Of a stretch of 64,000 nt of DNA, positions 58,814 through 64,000 are shown in pieces (position 1 is the stretch's first letter; every line of letters starts with the position of its first letter). The stretch comes from Treponemataceae bacterium (GTDB lineage: Bacteria > Spirochaetota > Spirochaetia > Treponematales > Rectinemataceae): the NCBI GenBank assembly GCA_963678065.2, contig CAXXVZ010000004.1, forward strand, positions 32,001 to 96,000. The letters are read 5' to 3'. Position numbers and translations under genes: made by a program. The notes under the pieces were generated by a model. The model searched no databases. It had not been told where the DNA came from and saw only the letters and a list, made by a program, of their open reading frames with translations.

Positions 58814-59275
58814 ATGAACATCGTCGTAGCGAACGATCACGGAGCGGTCGAGCTCAAGAAACGGATTGTCGCCTGGCTCGAATCCGCGGGACACAGCGTG
58901 AAGAACCTCGGCATCGACGAGGAGACCCGCGTCGACTACCCCGACAAGGCGGCACAAGCCTGCGCCGAGTACAAGAAGGGCGGCTACGATTTCGGCATCC
59001 TGCTCTGCGGGACCGGAATCGGCATCTCCATCGCGGCGAACAAGATCGACGGCATCCGCTGCGCCCTCGTCCACGACCGCTTCACCGCCGAGATGGCCAA
59101 GGCCCACAACAACGCCAACTTCATCGCCCTCGGAGGGCGCGTCGACTATGCCCTCCCCGTCACGGACATCGTCGGAACATTCATGTCGACGCGTTTCGAG
59201 GGCGGACGCCACCAGGAGAGGATCGACAAGATCCACGGCCTCGAGCGTCATTCCGACACCCAGGGCCTCTGCTGA
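58814..59275 (+). CDS. rpiB: Ribose-5-phosphate isomerase B (canonical)
   Basis: NDHGA, VDYPD, LCGTGIG, HNNAN, FEGGRHQERI. Confidence 0.93.
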   Translation: MNIVVANDHGAVELKKRIVAWLESAGHSVKNLGIDEETRVDYPDKAAQACAEYKKGGYDFGILLCGTGIGISIAANKIDGIRCALVHDRFTAEMAKAHNNANFIALGGRVDYALPVTDIVGTFMSTRFEGGRHQERIDKIHGLERHSDTQGLC

Positions 59276-59339
59276 ACGGCCGCGCCGGGGGAAAAGCCTA
59301 CAGCCACTGATTCACTGCTTCACAGGCGGGCTTCAGACT

Positions 59340-60440
59340 CTACAGCGCCTTCTTCGCCAGCGCGAGGAGCCTTTCTTTTTCCATGACGAGGGAAGCCCCG
59401 TACAGGGCCGCACCGAGGAGTCCAGCCCTGTGCGCGAGAAGGGCTGTCTCGAAGCGGCAGTCTGCCCACGCGTCTTTATACACGTAGCGAGGCACCCGCC
59501 GCGCGACTTCGGCCGCGAGGTGGGGCGCCCCCGCGATGACTCCGCCCCCGAAGACCACGAGGTCAGGGGCGAGGATGGCCATACCCGTCGCCGCGGTCCG
59601 CGCCAGCGCCTCTGCCACGATGTCATCGACCGCCAGGGCAAGCGGGTCTTTCGCGGAATAAGCCGCATAGACTTCCCGGGCGTTGAGTCTCTCGCCCCGT
59701 CTCGCGAGCGTGGCCAGTCCCGAACCGGAGAATTCCGGAAAATCGCCGCGCAGAAGGCTGCCGGTCACCGCGTCGCGTCCAAGCGCGAAGTCTGCGGCGA
59801 TCCTTCCGATGGAGGGTCCTGCGGCATAAGCTTCGGAGCAGCCCCGGACTCCGCAGGCGCATGGTCTTCCGGCAGGCTCGATCACGATATGCCCTATCTC
59901 GAGGGCGCGATCGTCGCAGCCGCCGAGAAGGTGGCCGTCCTCCACGAAACCTCCGCCGATGCCTGTCCCGAGCCCGATGAAGAGCAGAGCCCTTGATTTC
60001 CCCGCGCGCACGGCCCACTCGGCGTAGGCCGCGAGATTTCCGTCGTTCCTGACGCCGCAGGGGGCGCCGGCCATCTTTCCGACCTCGTCCCCGAGGGCTG
60101 TGCCGACCCAGCCGGGAATATTCGCGGCCTCGCCGACGATGCGCCCCGAGGCGTCCACGCCGCCGGGAGTTCCTACTCCGACCGCCAGAACCCTTCCGCC
60201 GAAGTCTGCGCCCCGGCTGCCGACTGCCGCCTCGCTCCTGGGGCCGCCGCCCTGGAGGCAGCTCTGAACCAGCTCTGCAACGAGCTCCCGCACCGCGCCG
60301 AGGACCGCCGCCGCGCCCCCGGAGGCCGGCGTGGTCCTCGAAGCTTCCGCAAGCACGCGCCCCTCCACTCCGAGCCGGATACCCTTTATGCTCTGCCCCC
60401 CAATGTCGAGGCCGAGAAACGATTCACCGCTCACCGTCAA
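59340..60440 (-). CDS. ROK family sugar kinase (glucokinase-like)
   Basis: GLDIGG, NDGNLAA, GLGTGIGGG, EIGH, CACG..GCSE; no HTH. Confidence 0.88.
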   Translation of the reverse strand: MTVSGESFLGLDIGGQSIKGIRLGVEGRVLAEASRTTPASGGAAAVLGAVRELVAELVQSCLQGGGPRSEAAVGSRGADFGGRVLAVGVGTPGGVDASGRIVGEAANIPGWVGTALGDEVGKMAGAPCGVRNDGNLAAYAEWAVRAGKSRALLFIGLGTGIGGGFVEDGHLLGGCDDRALEIGHIVIEPAGRPCACGVRGCSEAYAAGPSIGRIAADFALGRDAVTGSLLRGDFPEFSGSGLATLARRGERLNAREVYAAYSAKDPLALAVDDIVAEALARTAATGMAILAPDLVVFGGGVIAGAPHLAAEVARRVPRYVYKDAWADCRFETALLAHRAGLLGAALYGASLVMEKERLLALAKKAL

Positions 60441-60518
60441 AACTCTCCCGGCGGATCGCGCCTGTTTCCCGGCAGGCGGCAGGTCGCCTTTGCCGCGCCG
60501 CCCACACGACTAGGGCCT

Positions 60519-61928
60519 TCACAGCGCGTAACCCTCGCCCACGCGGACGATGACGACATCGCCGATCCCCTTCGACTCCAGATACGATTTCTGGTGATCG
60601 AGGGCGCTCTTTTCACCGTGCACGAGGAAGACGCGCTTCAGTCCCGACAGGTCCATCGTGGAGAGCCAGTCCCAGACTTCGGAGTAATCGGCATGGGCCG
60701 AAAAGGATCCGATCTCGGTCACTTCGGCTTTGACGGGGTAGATATCCCCGTGGATCCTCACCTCTTTTGCCTTCTCCTCGATCCTGCGGCCGAGGGTGTT
60801 CTCGGCCATGTAGCCGACGATCAGTATCGTGTTGCGGGCGTCGCTTATGGTGTGCATGAGGTGGTGCTGTATGCGTCCCGCCTCGCACATGCCGTCCGCC
60901 GAGATGATGATGGCCGGCCCTTTGAGGTCGTTCAGACTCTTGGACTGCTCGACGCTGATAGAGAAGTTGAGGTTGGCGAAGCCGAAGGGATTGTCGTGGT
61001 GGTCCAGGAAAGCCTGGGCCGTTTCGGCGTCGTAGCACTCGGGGTGTACGCGGAAAATCGACGTGGCGTCCGTTGCCATGGGGGAGTCCACCCAGATCGG
61101 AATTTCCGGAATTTTCTTCTGGTCGCAGAGGAGGTGGAGGTGGAAGATGATCTCCTGGGTCCGCTCGACGGCGAAGGCCGGGATGACGACTTTCCCCCCG
61201 CGCGCCGCGGTGCGGGAGATGATGTCCGCCAGCCTTTCCATCGCGTCGGTATCCGGCTCGTGCAGCCTGTCTCCGTATGTCGACTCGAGAACGAGATAGT
61301 CCACGGGCGGCAGCGGCTCGGGGTCCCTGATGATAGGCTTGTTCTTCCGGCCCAGATCCCCCGTGAAGCCGATGACGATCTCCCCGCGCTCGGGGTCTTT
61401 CACCGTGACGCGGGCCAGGGCCGAGCCGAGGATGTGCCCCGCGTCGAAGAACTCCACCCCGACGCCCTCGCCGATCCTGAAGGCTCTGTGATAGTTGATG
61501 GTCACGAAGAGCCCTGTGGCCCTCAGCGCGTCCTTGTCGTCGTAGAGCGGCTTGAAGGTCGACTTCTCGCCCTTCCGCGCGGCCTGCTTCTCGATATACT
61601 CGGCGTCCCTCGCCTGGATCTTCGCGGAATCCATCATGACGAGGTTGGCGAGATCGCGAGTTGCGGGCGTCGAATAAATGCTGCCGTCGTAGCCCCGCTT
61701 TGCGAGGAGCGGCAGCATGCCGCAATGGTCGTAGTGCGCGTGAGTCAGGATGACAGCGACGAGGCCCGCCGGGTCGGGCACGAGCGCACGGTTTTTCTGT
61801 TCGGCCAGATCGCGCTTGCCCTGAAAGGCGCCGCAGTCTATGAGGTATCTCTCGTCCCCTACCTCGAGGATATGTTTTGAACCGGTTACTTCTTCGGCTC
61901 CGCCTTCGGAGCGCAGTGTGATATTCAT
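60519..61928 (-). CDS. MBL-fold/beta-CASP RNA-processing nuclease
   Basis: EVTGS, IDCG, THAHYDHCG, AGHILGS, TGDLG, ESTYG, PAFAVERTQE, FSAHAD, LVHGE. Confidence 0.93.
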   Translation of the reverse strand: MNITLRSEGGAEEVTGSKHILEVGDERYLIDCGAFQGKRDLAEQKNRALVPDPAGLVAVILTHAHYDHCGMLPLLAKRGYDGSIYSTPATRDLANLVMMDSAKIQARDAEYIEKQAARKGEKSTFKPLYDDKDALRATGLFVTINYHRAFRIGEGVGVEFFDAGHILGSALARVTVKDPERGEIVIGFTGDLGRKNKPIIRDPEPLPPVDYLVLESTYGDRLHEPDTDAMERLADIISRTAARGGKVVIPAFAVERTQEIIFHLHLLCDQKKIPEIPIWVDSPMATDATSIFRVHPECYDAETAQAFLDHHDNPFGFANLNFSISVEQSKSLNDLKGPAIIISADGMCEAGRIQHHLMHTISDARNTILIVGYMAENTLGRRIEEKAKEVRIHGDIYPVKAEVTEIGSFSAHADYSEVWDWLSTMDLSGLKRVFLVHGEKSALDHQKSYLESKGIGDVVIVRVGEGYAL

Positions 61929-62040
61929 GCTGGACAGGATACCACCGGGGAAGAGTGGGGGCAATGCGCCCTGCCGACAACCTCTGTCCCCGCGCACAGC
62001 CGTCCCTCGCGGATGAACGAAGCCCGGATGATCCCCGCTC

Positions 62041-62970
62041 TCAGAGCATGAAGAAGAGCGCCGCCCCCATCACCGCTAGACCGGCTCCAAGCACTTCGAG
62101 GGCGTGAACCTTCTGCTTCAGGAATATGATGGAGGGAGGGATGATGAGGACAGGCGTGAGGGCCATCAGGGTGGAAGCCGCGCCGGCGTCCGTGTTCTGC
62201 AGCGCGAAGAGGCTGAAGCTGACCCCGAGGAAGGGGCCGAAGATGGCGCCCGTAAAAACCGTCCGCATCCCCGCCCTGTCCCTGAGCGGATCGAGGAATA
62301 CGGATCGCACCTGCCTGAGAAGGAAGGCCTGAAGCGCGAATCCGGCGATGGCCGTCATGATGCGTATCTGGGTTCCCGAAATGACGTTGTATGACCCGAG
62401 CCCGATTTTGGAAAAAATGAGGCCGGTCGCCTGGAATATCGAAGAAAGGAAAGCGAAAACGTAGCCCCTGACAGTGCGGGCCGCCGCCTCGCGGGACGCG
62501 GGCCTGTGCTCAGTCGCCACCTGGCCGGCCGCCGCTCTCTGCCGCGAAAGGACGACGAAAAGGATTCCCGCTACCACGAGGGCCATGCCGGCCAGCCGCT
62601 CCGGTCTCATCCTCTCGCCGAGGATCACAAAGGCGAGAAAAGCCGTAAACAGAGGCGTAAGCGCCTGGAAAATGACCGTTATTCTCGATCCGATGAGAAT
62701 ATAGGCGTTGAACAGGAAATAGTCCGCGATGACAAAGCCGATAAAACCCGATATCGACAGGTAGAGCCAGGCATGTGCGGAGGCATCCGTCGGGAAAGGC
62801 ATCCCTCTGAATGCCCAGGCCGCGGCGGAGAGCAGGAAAAACGCGACGAAAACCTTGTAGAAATTGACAGCGAGGGCCCCCATTTTTCTGGAGGCTTTTT
62901 CGAAGAACAGAGCGGAAATCGTCCAGCACAGAGCGGTTCCGAATGCGGCCAGGTCACCAAGTTTTTCCAT
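62041..62970 (-). CDS. DMT/EamA family transporter
   Basis: About 10 TM segments; shares GTQIR, FGPFLGVS and TP.LIIPP with the EamA gene at 21165. Confidence 0.88.
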   Translation of the reverse strand: MEKLGDLAAFGTALCWTISALFFEKASRKMGALAVNFYKVFVAFFLLSAAAWAFRGMPFPTDASAHAWLYLSISGFIGFVIADYFLFNAYILIGSRITVIFQALTPLFTAFLAFVILGERMRPERLAGMALVVAGILFVVLSRQRAAAGQVATEHRPASREAAARTVRGYVFAFLSSIFQATGLIFSKIGLGSYNVISGTQIRIMTAIAGFALQAFLLRQVRSVFLDPLRDRAGMRTVFTGAIFGPFLGVSFSLFALQNTDAGAASTLMALTPVLIIPPSIIFLKQKVHALEVLGAGLAVMGAALFFML

Positions 62971-63018
62971 GCCGGCTACTCTACCGCAGAGAGAATGAAA
63001 ATGTACAGGCGAAGAAAT

Positions 63019-63047
63019 TTGACAGGACCCCGCGGAGCGCCTAAATT
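63019..63047 (+). promoter_or_regulatory. Sigma70 promoter
   Basis: TTGACA, 17 nt, TAAATT. Confidence 0.7.
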
Positions 63048-63165
63048 AAAAGTAAGGGAGCGCGATGCTTGATCCGGAATTCGGAAGCGGCTTGTGCACT
63101 CGTTCCGGCGGCCATCCGGATTTTGCGCGCATGCTCTCTCACCTGTTCGTAGCGGGAGGCGCGAT

Positions 63166-63996
63166 ATGGCAGTCATAACCATAGCCAGGGAACTCGGGAG
63201 TCTCGCAGAGGACATCGCCCGTGAACTGTCGGCGATCACGGGGTACAGGAACATCAACAAGGAAGCGCTCGAGGCACGGTTCTCCTCGATGCCCCCTTAC
63301 GGACTCACCGATGAAAAGCGGCAGAAATTCGACGAAAAGAAGCCGGGTTTCTGGGCCTCGCTCTCGCAGGACCGTGACACCTACCTCCACTTCCTGAAAA
63401 CCGCCGTCCTCGAGGAAGCGGCGGAAGGTCCCTGCATTCTCGTCGGCAGGGGTGCCGGAGTCATACTCAAAGGCCTGCCCAACCTCATGAACCTGCGCCT
63501 CACATCCCCGCTCTCGGTCCGGATCGAGAGGATCAAGGTGGCTTTCTCCTGCAACGAAAAGACCGCGCTCGAGCTCCTCGAGCGAAGCGATCACGACCGC
63601 AGGGGATTCCATAAATACTTCTTCTCGGTCAACTGGGAGGATGCGCGGGAATACGACCTCACGCTCAACACAGGGGCGATGAGCGCGCGCAAGGGGGCGT
63701 CGATCCTCTCCGCCATGGTAAAGGAGTATATCAGCCCAGATAGGGAAGCTGCCTGCGCGGAGCGCCTCGCAGACCTTCTCCTCGCCCAGACTGTCCTCAC
63801 GGAGATCACGTACCGGAGAAAGGTCCCGATCCATTTCCTCGAGGCTTCCTCGTCGAAGGGACGGATTGTCCTCCACGGCGTCTCCAACACGCAGTCAGCC
63901 ATCGATACGGCCATGTCGGCCGCGCGCTCCATCGGCGGCGTCACCGAAGTCGAGAGCGCGATCCAGATTGTCCAGGAGTTTTCGGTAGTCCCTTGA
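63166..63996 (+). CDS. Cytidylate kinase-like family protein with C-terminal BON-like domain
   Basis: VITIARELGS, ILVGRG, D..R..F..YF, YDLTLNT; C-terminal IVLHG..A...GGVTEV. Confidence 0.82.
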   Translation: MAVITIARELGSLAEDIARELSAITGYRNINKEALEARFSSMPPYGLTDEKRQKFDEKKPGFWASLSQDRDTYLHFLKTAVLEEAAEGPCILVGRGAGVILKGLPNLMNLRLTSPLSVRIERIKVAFSCNEKTALELLERSDHDRRGFHKYFFSVNWEDAREYDLTLNTGAMSARKGASILSAMVKEYISPDREAACAERLADLLLAQTVLTEITYRRKVPIHFLEASSSKGRIVLHGVSNTQSAIDTAMSAARSIGGVTEVESAIQIVQEFSVVP

Positions 63997-64000
63997 ATCC

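Noticed and set aside
21165..62970. Two similar EamA genes as a recent duplication or island boundary
   Set aside because: Similarity is limited to protein motifs; I see no long nucleotide identity.
63053..63140. SRP (4.5S) RNA call for the hairpin
   Set aside because: Only superficial similarity (TCCGGAA..GGAAGC); the conserved CAGG/GNRA/AGCAG domain IV arrangement is absent.
1..64000. CRISPR arrays, tRNA/rRNA, transposases, integrases, prophage or anti-phage defence genes
   Set aside because: None seen; intergenic spaces are short and nearly all long ORFs have metabolic, transport or regulatory assignments.

Overview
Gene-dense, GC-rich bacterial chromosomal segment with about 57 CDS; I saw no rRNA, tRNA, CRISPR array or mobile element. 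The gene set (DUF2804, cytidylate-kinase-like+BON protein, EamA paralogues, a lipoprotein) suggests a free-living anaerobic or facultative spirochaete, but this is inference. The window is almost entirely catabolic. (1) 1-12.8 kb: sugar/polyol/acid loci with two split transketolases, an Fe-ADH, TRAP transporter, VOC enzyme, SDR, Zn-ADH, RbsD, DeoR and an atypical RpiB. (2) 12.9-19.6 kb: LacI-controlled rhamnogalacturonan oligomer locus (GH105, SGNH esterase, ABC). (3) 22-30.3 kb: ROK-controlled operon with a sugar-type ABC, amidohydrolase, divergent argininosuccinate-lyase-family enzyme and cysteine desulfidase. (4) aceE-aceF-lpdA. (5) Divergent from PDH, a methyl-THF methyltransferase + MetF + EtfBA + PocR-AraC cluster, a candidate ETF-coupled methylene-THF reductase system. 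(6) mgtA coupled to a PTS EIIA protein, a large EF-hand membrane protein, marC and trxA. (7) 51.3-59.3 kb: an operon matching the sulfoacetate-forming sulfoglycolytic transketolase (sulfo-TK) pathway, plus a DASS transporter. (8) ROK kinase, beta-CASP nuclease, EamA and a Cmk-like-BON gene behind a structured leader. All family calls come from motif recognition by eye; no database searches were run.
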